Counted from the stretch's first letter, positions 33,915 to 45,034 are shown. The stretch is 64,000 nt of DNA from Mantamonas sphyraenae STR306 (GCA_026936335.1 JAPMXV010000054.1:124001-188000), one strand, 5' to 3'. The notes: generated by a model not told the origin, from the sequence alone. Program-made: numbers and translations.

Positions 33915-36479
33915 ATGATTCTGATTGTGAAAACCCTGACTGGGGCGCAATTGTCTCTGGAGATTGAAGGGAGGTACACCATGGCCACCATCTTTGCCAT
34001 GGTGGCGTACAAGCTGGGTATTCCGTACGAACAGATTCGGGGCATCTACGCCGGCAAACGGCTGGAAGAGAGTCGCACAGCAACCGATTACAATTTCACC
34101 GACGGTGGCACCATGCACATTGTCCTGCGTCTCCGCTCCTCCGCATGGACAAGGACCCTGAGTGTGCGTGAGAGACCGCGTGAGGAGACGAGTGGAAGCA
34201 GTGGAGGCAGCAGCAGCAGCAGCAGCGGCAGCAGCAGCGACGCTGTGGTGGAAGCCAGTGCGGTGGATTGGTCCTCATTCCGTCCCAGTGTGGAGGAGGT
34301 GGGCCAGGCACACGTGAGTGCAGTGACGCTGTACACAGCCATGAGTGGCGACGTGAGCCAGGTGGACGAGGTGAGCGGAACGGAGGACGTGTTTGCGCTG
34401 GAGCTGGTTCACGCCTCCCTTCGTACGGCGTTGTACGACGACCTGAGCAGCTTTGCATCGCAACACGGCGCCTCGTTGAGCAACGTACCGCTGTCGTCCA
34501 TGCCTGTGTTGCAAACACAGATGCACGTGCTGTCCCACGCCTACTTTGTGCCGTTGCTGCGCACACTTTTTGCCAAAAGCCTGGGCAGCGCCTTGAACCA
34601 CCTGCACCTCGCCTCGGGCCATCTCATCCACGCCAAAGCAGGCAGTGGGGAAGGTTCGTACGAAACGTGGTCCTACACCGACTCGGAGGGCCAGGTGACG
34701 AGCAAACACACCGACTCGTCGTTGATTACCATCAATCTGTGCTTGGGTGGCACGTTCCAAGGCAGCAACCTGCGCTTTGCGGCCACGCATCGTGGGCAGG
34801 AGGAGGCGAAAGGGGCAAAGAACGATGAGGAGGAGGAGGAGGGGAATGGTGGAGGGGTGTGTGTGAAGCAAGAGGCCGGACGTGCGGTTGTGCATCTGGG
34901 TGAACACAGCCATGAGGTGGAGGACATTGAGGATGGAGAACGCATCAATGTGGTGTTGTGGTTCAGCAATGACCCGCATGACGCAGGTGCACGTGTGGAT
35001 GCAGAGGTGTGGTCGAAACAGGTGCATTTTGTGGATGAGGAACGGTTGCAAAGCATGGGATTCAGTGCAGAGCAGATTCAACACGCCACAGAGGCATTGG
35101 AGGATCCCACCAACCTGGAAGTGTTGCAACAGCTCCTTGTACAACAGTGTGATGGGACATCCTCCTCGTCGTCTTCCTCAACTGCCTCTGCCGACAGCGA
35201 CGGACGAAGCAGCAGCAACGTCATCAGCAACGAAGAAAGCGAACGATTGGCACTGGAAGCACGTGAGGCGGCAGAGAGCAAGAGGGCAGCCATGGAAGAG
35301 CGTGGCAAGGCGGTGGACAAGGCTCGTGGCACATTGGCACCTGAGGGAGCCGATGCATGTTTGGAAACGATGCGGGAGTCGTTTGCAGAGGTGGTGCAGG
35401 GACACATGATGCCATGGTTGTCACAGGGTGATTTGGGTCGTTTGGCACAGGTCAGTCGTGGGTGGCGAGAGTGTGTGGACGAGCACCGTCAGTACGGCGT
35501 GTCGTCGCTGAATCTGGCCCCGTTTGCAGAGAACGTGATCCTGTGGGAGGGTGTGGAGCAGAAGGGACTCGATGGCGAGGAGAGAGACCAGTGGGTGCAA
35601 GCAGGCAGTGTGGTGTGGACGAAACAGGACGATGATGGGCCGTCATCGTCGACCTTGTTTGCCTGCCATGGCAGCGTGCGCCATGTCAACCTGAGTTTGT
35701 GGAATTCCATGTCTTCAGAGAGCTTCCTGGTGCCTGCAGAGCATGCGTGGATCGACTATGATGCCGTGCAGGGATACTATGAGCGAGACATGGCGATGGC
35801 CGAGGCACGTGTGGATCCGCTGGGCCAGGTTGCGTTGCATTGCCCCTTGTTGGAATCGTTGGTGGTGTTGGACACGGCTGGAGTCACTGTGTGGGGGCTC
35901 CAGCAGGTGTTTCTGCGCTGTCCTAACCTAAAGTCACTGACAATCGGCAGCCTGCGTGTGCAGACGCCGTCGCTGGTGGATGTCATCCTCGAGTACGGCT
36001 GCTTGCTGGAGGAGTTGCATCTGTTGGACCCGCCCGAACCGTGGGTGGAGCGTCTGCTCACCGAGTCGGAGGCTGTGTTTGTCAACATGACCCACCTGAC
36101 AGTGACGACCAGCCCGTACTCGCGCTCGTTTCCCTTTGACATCCCTCGCCGGTTCCCGTCTCTGGTTCAGCTCACTGTGGGGGCACGCACCTACGAGGCC
36201 CTGCTGGTGGGATGTCCAGACACAGTCTCCCTGCGTGCCACCAAGCTGGCCGTGGTGGTGATTGACACCGATGGATTCCTGCACACCCTCCACGTGGCAC
36301 CCGACCAGGAGGCCATAGAGCTGTCTGCCGCTGTGGAGCAGGCTCTGGGCAAACCCTTGTCCTCGGACGCCCAGTGGTGGATGTACAAAGGTCACGGCCG
36401 CGTGCCATTGCAGACCGAAGCGCCCAACCTGCTCACTGGATCGGGAGACCAGCTGGCGATTGTGGTCATGCGTGAATGA
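33915..36479 (+). CDS. Multidomain protein: ubiquitin-like + 2OG-Fe(II) oxygenase + UBA + F-box + LRR
   Basis: UBL MILIVKTLTG...GIPYEQIRGIYAGKRLE...HIVLRLRSS; 2OG HTDSSLITINLCLGGTFQG...HSHEV...GERINVVLW; UBA RLQSMGFS; F-box-like HMMPWLSQGDLGRLAQVSRGWR; LRR HCPLLESL and RCPNLKSLTI. One continuous ORF. Confidence 0.8.
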   Translation: MILIVKTLTGAQLSLEIEGRYTMATIFAMVAYKLGIPYEQIRGIYAGKRLEESRTATDYNFTDGGTMHIVLRLRSSAWTRTLSVRERPREETSGSSGGSSSSSSGSSSDAVVEASAVDWSSFRPSVEEVGQAHVSAVTLYTAMSGDVSQVDEVSGTEDVFALELVHASLRTALYDDLSSFASQHGASLSNVPLSSMPVLQTQMHVLSHAYFVPLLRTLFAKSLGSALNHLHLASGHLIHAKAGSGEGSYETWSYTDSEGQVTSKHTDSSLITINLCLGGTFQGSNLRFAATHRGQEEAKGAKNDEEEEEGNGGGVCVKQEAGRAVVHLGEHSHEVEDIEDGERINVVLWFSNDPHDAGARVDAEVWSKQVHFVDEERLQSMGFSAEQIQHATEALEDPTNLEVLQQLLVQQCDGTSSSSSSSTASADSDGRSSSNVISNEESERLALEAREAAESKRAAMEERGKAVDKARGTLAPEGADACLETMRESFAEVVQGHMMPWLSQGDLGRLAQVSRGWRECVDEHRQYGVSSLNLAPFAENVILWEGVEQKGLDGEERDQWVQAGSVVWTKQDDDGPSSSTLFACHGSVRHVNLSLWNSMSSESFLVPAEHAWIDYDAVQGYYERDMAMAEARVDPLGQVALHCPLLESLVVLDTAGVTVWGLQQVFLRCPNLKSLTIGSLRVQTPSLVDVILEYGCLLEELHLLDPPEPWVERLLTESEAVFVNMTHLTVTTSPYSRSFPFDIPRRFPSLVQLTVGARTYEALLVGCPDTVSLRATKLAVVVIDTDGFLHTLHVAPDQEAIELSAAVEQALGKPLSSDAQWWMYKGHGRVPLQTEAPNLLTGSGDQLAIVVMRE

Positions 36480-36589
36480 GTGGGCGAGCGAGTGAGTGTT
36501 GCGTACAGCAATGGATGATGATGATGTCAACACGTGGGATTTTTGTTCTGTTCTGCACATCGTGTTGCGGTGGCGTTCGCCCTCCGATT

Positions 36590-38266
36590 TTACCACCACC
36601 AAGCCCAAGACATGAAGCCAGCGTCCGAGTCCTTGACGTTGTCCTCATCGCGCACACCCGAGGGTTGCCACACGGGGCGCTTGTAGCAGTTCTTGTGGTT
36701 GCGCTTGACAATGGTGAAAGAGTCGCAGCCCTGCTTGTTGTACTGGCAGTTGCGCGCAATCATCTCCAGAAGGGCGACGTTACCACACAACCCCTGGTTC
36801 TTCATGTACAGCTTCTCAAAAGCGACGTACATCTGGCGCGAATCCTTGACATACTCGGCCCAGTTCACGAGGTTGGTCAGGATTGCGTTTGCCTCGGCCT
36901 CGTTCTTGGCCGTGGGGATGCCGTTGGGGTAAGGGAAAGGCTTGGCCATCTTGGGGATGGGTCCCTGCTTCTGGTTCATCTCCTTGTCGTCCGGCAGCTT
37001 CCACTCCTGCGGCTGCTGCTTGGTGCCAGGCTTCTGGATCTTCACCGTGGTGCCCACCTTGACGTTCTTGTAGCCCCACTTGGCGCAGTAGCGTTCCTTG
37101 ACACGCTTCTTGGGCTTCACTGCCACCTTGCGCACGGTACGGCGCACAAAGCGCACGGCACGGCGCACAATGGGCTTGCGCACAACACGGCGGACCACAC
37201 GCACACCACGACGCACAAAGCGCACGGCACGGCGCACAATGGGCTTGCGCACGACACGGCGGACGACACGCACACCACGACGCACAAAGCGCACGGCACG
37301 GCGCACAATGGGCTTGCGCACGACACGGCGGACGACACGCACACCACGACGCACAAAGCGCACGGTGCGACGCACACGGCCAATCACACGGCGGACGACG
37401 GGGCGACGCACGACACGACGCACGACACGACGCACGATGGGCTTGCGGACCACACGTCGCACCACACGTGTGACGCGGCGAATGAAACGACGACGACGAC
37501 GACGACGACGGCGACGCCACATGTCACCCACCTCCTGGTCATCCTCCTCACCCTGGTCCTGCTGCTGCTCCTCCTTGTCATCCTCCTCATCATCATCGTC
37601 ATCGTCCTGCTCCTCCTCAGCCTCCTGGTCTTCCGCGGAATCCACGCTGGGCAGAGCTTCCTTCTGCTCATCGTCCGACTCGTCGTTGGTGTCGGCACTG
37701 TCCATGGACTCAATCTGCTCGTCCTCCGACTCGGAATCGGAATCCTTGAGCACCCAGCGGTGGGCGTAGCGAACGCAATATTTCACGCGCTTCGTGGCCA
37801 CCTTGGCCACCTTTCGCGCCGGTGCACGCGCACGACGACGACGACGGCGACGGCGGCGACGCCACATGTCGCTCACCTCCTCCTCCTCCTCCTTGGCCTG
37901 TTCCTTGCCCTCCTCCTGTTCCTGGGACGTCGCAGAGTCCTTCTCAGCAGCGCTGGCCTCAGCGTCGGAATTTCCCTCTGAAACATCGGCCGGCTCGTCC
38001 GCATCCTCCGAGTCCTCATCTTGTTCCGACTCACTCGACTGCGATTCCTCGCTGTCAAACAGGTCGTCCTCATCGTCCGAGTCCTCCTGGCTCTGCTCCA
38101 CGTCCTGCTCACCGCCTTGGGGCAACGCCTCGATTGCGTCTGCGCCTTCGGCCGTGCCTGCAGCGCTCTCGACCACTCCCTGTGCCTCTTGGCTTGCAGA
38201 GGCATCTGCCACTACAGCCAGTGTAGCCGAGCACAAAACCAGAAGCAAGAGTACGGCCTTGTGCAT
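36590..38266 (-). CDS. Secreted precursor A: signal peptide, acidic pro-regions, poly-Arg and Arg/Val repeats, 4-Cys domain, C-terminal MSWAWWW (558 aa)
   Basis: MHKAVLLLLVLCSATLAVVADA signal; two acidic blocks each ending D-MW-R(10-12); VRRVVR repeats; CGNVALLEMIARNCQYNKQGC...NC; clear paralogy to precursor B. Confidence 0.8.
   Translation of the reverse strand: MHKAVLLLLVLCSATLAVVADASASQEAQGVVESAAGTAEGADAIEALPQGGEQDVEQSQEDSDDEDDLFDSEESQSSESEQDEDSEDADEPADVSEGNSDAEASAAEKDSATSQEQEEGKEQAKEEEEEVSDMWRRRRRRRRRRARAPARKVAKVATKRVKYCVRYAHRWVLKDSDSESEDEQIESMDSADTNDESDDEQKEALPSVDSAEDQEAEEEQDDDDDDEEDDKEEQQQDQGEEDDQEVGDMWRRRRRRRRRRFIRRVTRVVRRVVRKPIVRRVVRRVVRRPVVRRVIGRVRRTVRFVRRGVRVVRRVVRKPIVRRAVRFVRRGVRVVRRVVRKPIVRRAVRFVRRGVRVVRRVVRKPIVRRAVRFVRRTVRKVAVKPKKRVKERYCAKWGYKNVKVGTTVKIQKPGTKQQPQEWKLPDDKEMNQKQGPIPKMAKPFPYPNGIPTAKNEAEANAILTNLVNWAEYVKDSRQMYVAFEKLYMKNQGLCGNVALLEMIARNCQYNKQGCDSFTIVKRNHKNCYKRPVWQPSGVRDEDNVKDSDAGFMSWAWWW
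37144..37362. repeat. Three near-perfect 69-bp tandem repeats encoding VRFVRRGVRVVRRVVRKPIVRRA
   Basis: GCGCACAATGGGCTTGCGCA recurs at 69-bp spacing. Confidence 0.9.
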
Positions 38267-38566
38267 GAGTACGGGGGGTGTATGTGTTTTTCTTGCCGCC
38301 CCAAGCGTATCGGACGGCGAAAAAACACACCGTTCTTTTTCCCACTTTGTTGGAGCCCGGTAAAATCGCTGTTTCTTCGTGTGTGGGCGACCAACAGCCA
38401 TGGTAACAGCATGCCACACAATCTTGCTTCCCAGACACAGTGTCTCATGACACTGTGTGTGAGTGGGATGGCCATGCGTCCGTGCGGGAGGCGAATAACA
38501 CACAAAATTTCTCGGAGCGGAGGGGGCTCCAACGAAAAATCCCCACCCCCCCAAACCACGTACGCC

Positions 38567-40316
38567 ATGAGCAAGTTTGCCGTTCTGGTGCTCTTGGCAC
38601 TGTGTGCAGCTGCCATGGTCACAGCTTCGGAACAGCCGACGATTAGTGTCCAAGACAACCTGCAAAAGGGCGTCCAGGCCGCGAACGCCGAATCGAAGCT
38701 GCTGCAAGAGGAGCGTCTGCAGTTTGCCAGCGACGTCGAGAACGACGGCAACGACAACGCAGATGCCGAAAAGGAGCAGAGCGAGGCTTCGGAGGACGAA
38801 AAGTCCGCCGAGAGCAGCGCAGAGGACGTTGCCAGCAGCGACGACGAGGCCGAGCAGAACGCAGAGGACCGCGCCGCTCAGCAGCACCTTGACGAGTACG
38901 TTGCACGACCACACACCCCTCCACACACATCCCATGCCCTTGGCCATCCACACAGGCCTCGCTTCGTTGTCGTCCGCATGTACGGCGGGTCCTGCCGCGT
39001 ACGCACGGCGCGTCTCAAGACGAGAGCGAGGGTGGAGCGCAAAAGGCATTTCCGTTTTTTCCCCTCCAAGCTCCTTTGGCCGTCCGGCCGGCACACACAG
39101 GCACACAGGCATGACAAACGGATGCGCATGGACTGTACACACCCATTGGCCAGCGGAGGAACCTGTCGCTGACACGAATGGATTGCACGCGCGACCCCAC
39201 AGGACCGAACAAGCCGCAGCCGACTATCTGGAGCTGACTCAGCAGCTGGCAGGCGCCAGCAAGATGACGGAAGAGCTTTCGCAGGCCGACCAGGAGGAGG
39301 TGGACGCCCAGGCGGCACCTCTGGTGGCGGACGTGGCTCAGGAGGCCACCGCCCAGGAGAGCGCACGCAACTTTCCCACACTTGCGGTGCAAAAGATGAT
39401 TGCCGCCGTGGAGTCGGACGACGAAGACGAGAGCAAGGAGACGCCGTCGTACCTGCAGTCCAAGGACGTGAAGGACACGCTGCAGAAGGCGGGTGCGGCA
39501 TGGTGGAAGGTGCACGACGAGCTGTTCAAGCTGGTGTACGATCGCGAGCCGACCGAGGCGGAGCGGTACCATCATGTGGAGGACGAGGACTTTGCTGACG
39601 ACGGCGAGGTTGCAGAGCAGGACGATGCGGAGCAGGCTCAGCTGACGCCTGAGGAGGTGTCGTTGGAGGACAACGAGGAGCCGAGTGCAGAGACAGTGGA
39701 GGATTCGCCGGACGTGGTGTTTGACACCGACTACTGGGGACGCCGTGTGTTCCGCCGCATCGGACGTGCCTTCCGACGTGTGGGCCGTGCTGTGGGCCGT
39801 GCCGTGCGTGCTGTTGGCCGCTTTGCAGGCCGTGTGGTGCGCGGTGTGGTGCGTGGCGTCAAGTTTGTCGTGCGCGGTGTCGCACGTGTCGCCAAGTGGA
39901 CCGCACGCGTCATTGGCCGCGTGGCCAAGGCCGTGTGGAACGGCATCAAGTGGGTGGCCAAGGGCATCTGGAAGATCCTCAAGGCCATTGTCATGGCCCC
40001 GCTCAACCTGATCCGCGGACCCAAGAACGTCTACAAGGTCATCTCCAACTATCTGTTTGTGCCCAACACCGCCGACTGCCCCAACATCCTGCTGCTCCAG
40101 AGCCTGGCTCGCTCGTGCCAGTACCAGAAGAAGCACTGCGAGCTGCTCAAGGTGGCCGCCAAACGCTGGCCCAACTGCTACGCCCGCAAGGTCAGCAAGG
40201 GCTCCGTCTTCAAGGACGTCCAAGTGCAGGATGCCGAAGGTAACACCAAGAAGCTGTCCCAGGTCCAGGATGCCAACACCGACGAGGGTTTCATGACGTG
40301 GCGCTGGTGGTGGTGA
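38567..40316 (+). CDS. Secreted precursor B (paralog of A); intron 38896-39202; C-terminal MTWRWWW
   Basis: MSKFAVLVLLALCAAAMVTA signal; acidic pro-region ending DTDYW-GRRVFRRIGRAFRRVGRAV...; CPNILLLQSLARSCQYQKKHC...NC; DEGFMTWRWWW. A phase-2 GT-AG intron joins the two frames. Confidence 0.82.
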
Positions 40317-40443
40317 TCTGTCTGTCACCCACACAACCCACACACCCACACACAAACACACTCACGAGAAAATCCAAAGGTTTTTGATTCAACGCTCCTC
40401 CTTCCCTTCTGTCTCCTCCCTACTTCTCTCTTGTTTGGCCACG

Positions 40444-43400
40444 TCAGGCAGCACCGAGCATCTCCAGCGCCTGCTGGGCCTCTTGGCGTTGGTCGTCCGT
40501 CTCAAACGTGTCGCGTGCGATGGCAAAGGCGTGTACGGCGTCGTCCAGCTTGTCGACGTCCATGTAGGTGCGTCCGAGGAGCAGGGCACACTGTGCGTTG
40601 GCGTCGTTGTCCAGGGCGCGTGCAAAGCATCGGATGGCCACGTGCGGCTTGTTGTACTCCAGGTACTGGACGCCAATGCGCTGCAGCAGGTGTGCGTCGG
40701 CAAGGTCCAGCTTGAGGGCCTCTTTGAAGGCCTGGTCGGCCTGGGCCAGCTGATCAACGTAGAGGTTGAGCAGGGTGAGCTGGCCCCACACCAGTGGGTC
40801 CTGGTTGTTGTAGATGTTTGCTTCGCTGAGCGCATCCTCGGCCTGATCCCACTGTTCCAACAGCATGCACGCCTGGCCCACCAGCAGCCAGCCGTACGAC
40901 GACGGGTACATCTTGACAGCCTGCAGCAGCGTCTCTTTGCCGTCCACGTAGCGGCGCTGGTCCAGGTACAGCCTGCCCAGCAGGATGTACACCTTGTGTT
41001 CCGCCTCGTGGTTCTTGACGCCCAGGGCACTCTCAAACGCAGCCAGGGCCTCGTCGTCGCGGCCCTCCTGGACCAAACTGTACCCCAGCTGCTGCCATGC
41101 CAGTCCATTCTTGCTGTTCAGCCTCAGTGCCTCCTCAAAGTTCTCCTGCGCGCGCAGGTGGTCGTCTCGTTGCAGATACACTCGCCCCAGTCCCACGTAG
41201 ATGGATTCTCGTTGGCCCGCATTCTCCAGCTCCTGGCCCAGCACACGCTCCGCCAGCGCATCGGCGTGCACACCCAACAGGTACTCCGCCGTGGCCATGT
41301 ACACACTGTCATATGCGGCTATCCTGGAGCGACGCGACACAGACACCCTGGGTGCATCCGTGGTCGATTCGCCGTCGTCATCATCCACAGGCTCGTCCTC
41401 CTCGTCGCCCTCCCCCGTCTTTGCTGAGGAGGAGGAGGAGGAGGAGGCGGCAACCACAAAGGCACGAGATGAGGCACGGCTGCCTCCCGCTGAACCGGCG
41501 GCGGGAGTGTCGCCACGTGCTGCGCGATAGGCGGCGTCGGCTTGCTTGAGGGCACGCTTTGCCTCCTTGTCGAGTTCCTGGGCGTCCAGGTGCATGGCGT
41601 ACAACACCCAAGCGGTGGCGTTGTCGGGGGCAGCTTCGGTGGCGGCACGCAGAAAGGTGTCCGCTTCCTGTGCACGTTGTGTGCCTGCACTGGCGCACAG
41701 GACGCCGTACAACAGCAGCGACGGCACGTGGTACTCGCTCAGTGCAATTGCCTGCCGCAGACACTCCTCCGCCTTGCTGTAGTCGCGGATGCGCATGCAA
41801 AACTCGGCGTATCGGTACCACGCCAGGGCTGTCGGTTCGGTGGTGGTGCCATTGTTGCCTTTTCCATTGCCATTGCCACCTGCAATGGTCTCTTGGTAGG
41901 CTCGTGCGGCGCGGTCGTAGTGCTGCTGCAGCTCGGCGTCGTAGGCAACGCGAAGGAGCATCATGGCAGCCTGTGCATCTGCGTCGACGGAATCGCCAAA
42001 GGGTTTGAGCTGGGCACCCACACGCACGGTGGTCTCTGCCGCCGGATCCGGGGTGAACATGCCGTTGAGCACACGGTGCATCTCGGACACCAGATGCACG
42101 TACAGGTCGGAGCTGAACACTTGCAACTCCTGCGCGTCCTTGGGTGCCTGTGCGCGGTACCGTTGGCGCACGATCGAGGCGACCGCCGCCTTGAGTCGCT
42201 CCTTGAAGGCAAAGTATTGGCCTGTGTTGTTCAGCGCATACATCAGCTCCTGGCGCCTGTCGTTGAACTCCCCCGGGCTGTTGGCTTCCTTCACGGCACC
42301 CATTGTGTCCGCAAACATCACCCGGTACTCGTCCGCAAGGCCACGCACCACACGCGTCACCTCCTCCTCAAACTCTCCGTAGGGGCTTCCTTCACCCTTG
42401 CCCTGAGCCACCAGCTTGGGCAGTTCCTTGCGCGACGGAATCAAATCCGACGGACGAAGCAGCAGCTTCGGCGTGGGCGGACGGATCAGCAGCGGCTGGG
42501 CAAGCTCAAACTCAACCACCACAAACGTGCCCGCCTGCTCGTAGGTCACCGCCGTCGCTGCTGCCTCCCCTGCCTCGCCGCCGCCGTTGCCACCCTCTCC
42601 ACTGTCGTGTGTTGCGCCGCTGCTGCCCTCGTCCTCGGCCAGCACCTCTGCCACCCTTCGTGCAATCTTTTCCCGTTCCTTGTCGTGTTTGGAGGCCTTC
42701 TTGTCCGCTGCACTGCTGCTGCTGCTGCTGCCGGCCCCTCCGCCTCGGCTCGTCTTACTGCCGCGGCCGCTCTTGGGTGTGGTGCTCTCCACGTGTGTGG
42801 GCGAATCCTGCGTCACGGCCGCCGTCGGCTCGACAAAGGTGCCGTCACGCTGCACATGCACCACGGCAGACACACTGCGCACGCCCGGAGTGGCCAGTGC
42901 GCGGATGTCCACCCGTGCCACGCCTGCATACTGTGCCGCCTGCGGATCTGCCACAAAGCCCACCTTGGGTGGGGGCGGACGCACGCGACGGCGAATCTGC
43001 ACGTCCAGGTATGGGTCGTCCGATTGTGCAACCGCAAGCAGCTGCGCGGCACTGTCCACATACAGCGCGTACGACCATTCACCGCGTCCGTCTTTGGCAA
43101 ACTGCAAACTCGGTGCATACCGTTGCGCCTCTTCCTGGGCCTTTTCTTCAGCGTTGCCGCTGGTGTTCCTCTGCTGGCGCGGGCTGTTATCGTCGTCGTC
43201 GTCGTCGTTGTCTTGCTGCTGCTGCTGCGTGTCATCGTCTTCGTCGTCTGCGCCATCTTCATCCTCGTTGTCATCGTCCAACAGATCCACGTAGTCACCC
43301 TTGCTGGCATTCTGCTTGCCACCACCACTGGTGGTCGTCTTGGTCGAGGAGGAGGAGGAGGAGGAGGAACCAGCGGCGGCGGCTGCCTTTTTGCTCTGCT

Positions 43401-45034
43401 TGCGTGTGCCTCGCGTGGTGCTTCGTCCGCCTGCCCCACCTCGTCGTGTGCTTCCGCCTGCACTGCGTGAAGAGCGCGACTTTTCCGCCTTGGCAGCCGC
43501 AGCTGCAGCCGCCTCTGCTTCCTGTGCCGCCACAACGCTGGGATGCACCTCGCGCGCCTCGCTCACCGCCAGTGCCGTAAACACAGCCGCACGTACGTCT
43601 GCCTCCGGATCCACCACCGCCGCCGCTGCCGTCGTCGCCGCGTTGTTGTTGTTGGTGTTGTTGGCCGTCGCACTGCTGCGGTGGTTGCGTGCCGAAGAGC
43701 CCGGCGTACGTGCGCCGTCCTCCTTACCTGTGTCCTCACCAGCCGAGGAGCCACTGCCGTCCTCTGTGCCGTCGCCAGCACGTGCTGGCTCCTTGGTGTG
43801 GGGCAAGGGCACGCGCCACACATACTCAAATGGGTTGTCCGCCTCGCTGCGGTACACCGCGTTGCTGTTCCACGCACTGGGCAATGCGTACATGCCACCT
43901 GCACGCACACGCAACACATTGTGTCCCGAAATGCTCAGCTGTTCCCGTTCCCGCGCCACACTCTCCTCCGTTTGCGGCTCCCTGGCACGCGCCGCCTTTT
44001 CCGCCGCCCGTGCCTTTTCGGCCGCCTCCACCTCCGCCTGCTCCTCTGCACTCAGCACAAACACCGGCTCCGACGTGCTCACTTGCACGTGCAGCCGTGC
44101 GTGTGCCTCATCAAACTCGTCTTCGCTCAGCGTGTCGTCAATGTCTGCGTCTGCACCTTCGCCGCTGCTGCTTCCATCCTCCTGCTCCTCCCCGCTCGCC
44201 TGCTGCTCCCCACCACTTCCGTTGCTCACACCCATGGGTGTCTCCTGCACAATGGCACGCACAGACATGCGATGCTCCTTGCTCAGCACCATCTCGTGCA
44301 ACGCCAGCGTGCGGCGCCCAATAACCTGCTTTGTCGGCGCTGTGCTCTCGCCTCGCTTGCTTTTCTTCTTTGCCGTCCTTGCGTTGCTGCTGTTGCCACT
44401 GGCTTCTCCAGCCGCCTCGTCAGCCACCAAGAGAACCTCTACTGTCATGCCCTTGGTCATCAGTGTGTCCAGGTACTCCTGTGCATGTCAAAGGTGTGTC
44501 AGCGCAATTCGCCACGCCTCGAGAGCTAGCCGTTGACTTACCTGCGTCATTTCCACCTCTACGCTCTGTGCCAGTTCGTAGTTCGGCTCCATGCCCGTCA
44601 CCACTTGTGACTGCCATGTATACACCCTTGTGTCAGCTTTCCATGTCCATGCCACTTCCCTACCACGCGCACAGCGCACAAAACCCGCCAGCGGCAGTTG
44701 TGCCGCTTTCACCCTCATCGCTCACCTCGATCGGATCCTGATTGGGCAGCAGCACGCGCAGCTGTGTCTTGACTTCACTCTCGCCCTCCAACTGGTTGTT
44801 GAGACTGTTGGACGTCTGGTCGCGCACACTGTATGATGAACCCAGACGTGACAGCGTGCGTGGAGACTCGTCCGTCGTCGTCGCCGCGGCGGCTGCAGCT
44901 GCCGCCGCGTCCACCAGCAGCCGCACGTTTTCCAACTCCATGGCCTGCACATGCAACGTCACACTGCGTGCCATCCGCGTGTCCTTGTTTGCCGTGGTGG
45001 CGCTGAGATCCAGCGCAGAGACACGTGAGGACAT
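40444..45034 (-). CDS. CFAP70: Cilia- and flagella-associated protein 70 (TPR protein), multi-exon
   Basis: LMYALNNTGQYFAFKERLKAAVASIVR...FSSDLYVHLVSEMH, AEECLRQAI, AEDALSEANIYNNQDPLVWGQL; C-terminal TPRs; N-terminal C2-like exons. Confidence 0.88.

Noticed and set aside
33915-34140. Ubiquitin gene
   Set aside because: Too divergent, lacks the terminal GG and continues in frame, so it is an integral UBL domain.
37098-37769. Repetitive RT-rich plus-strand ORFs, and a possible CRISPR-like array
   Set aside because: Antisense shadows of the 69-bp coding repeat; the units are contiguous with no unique spacers.
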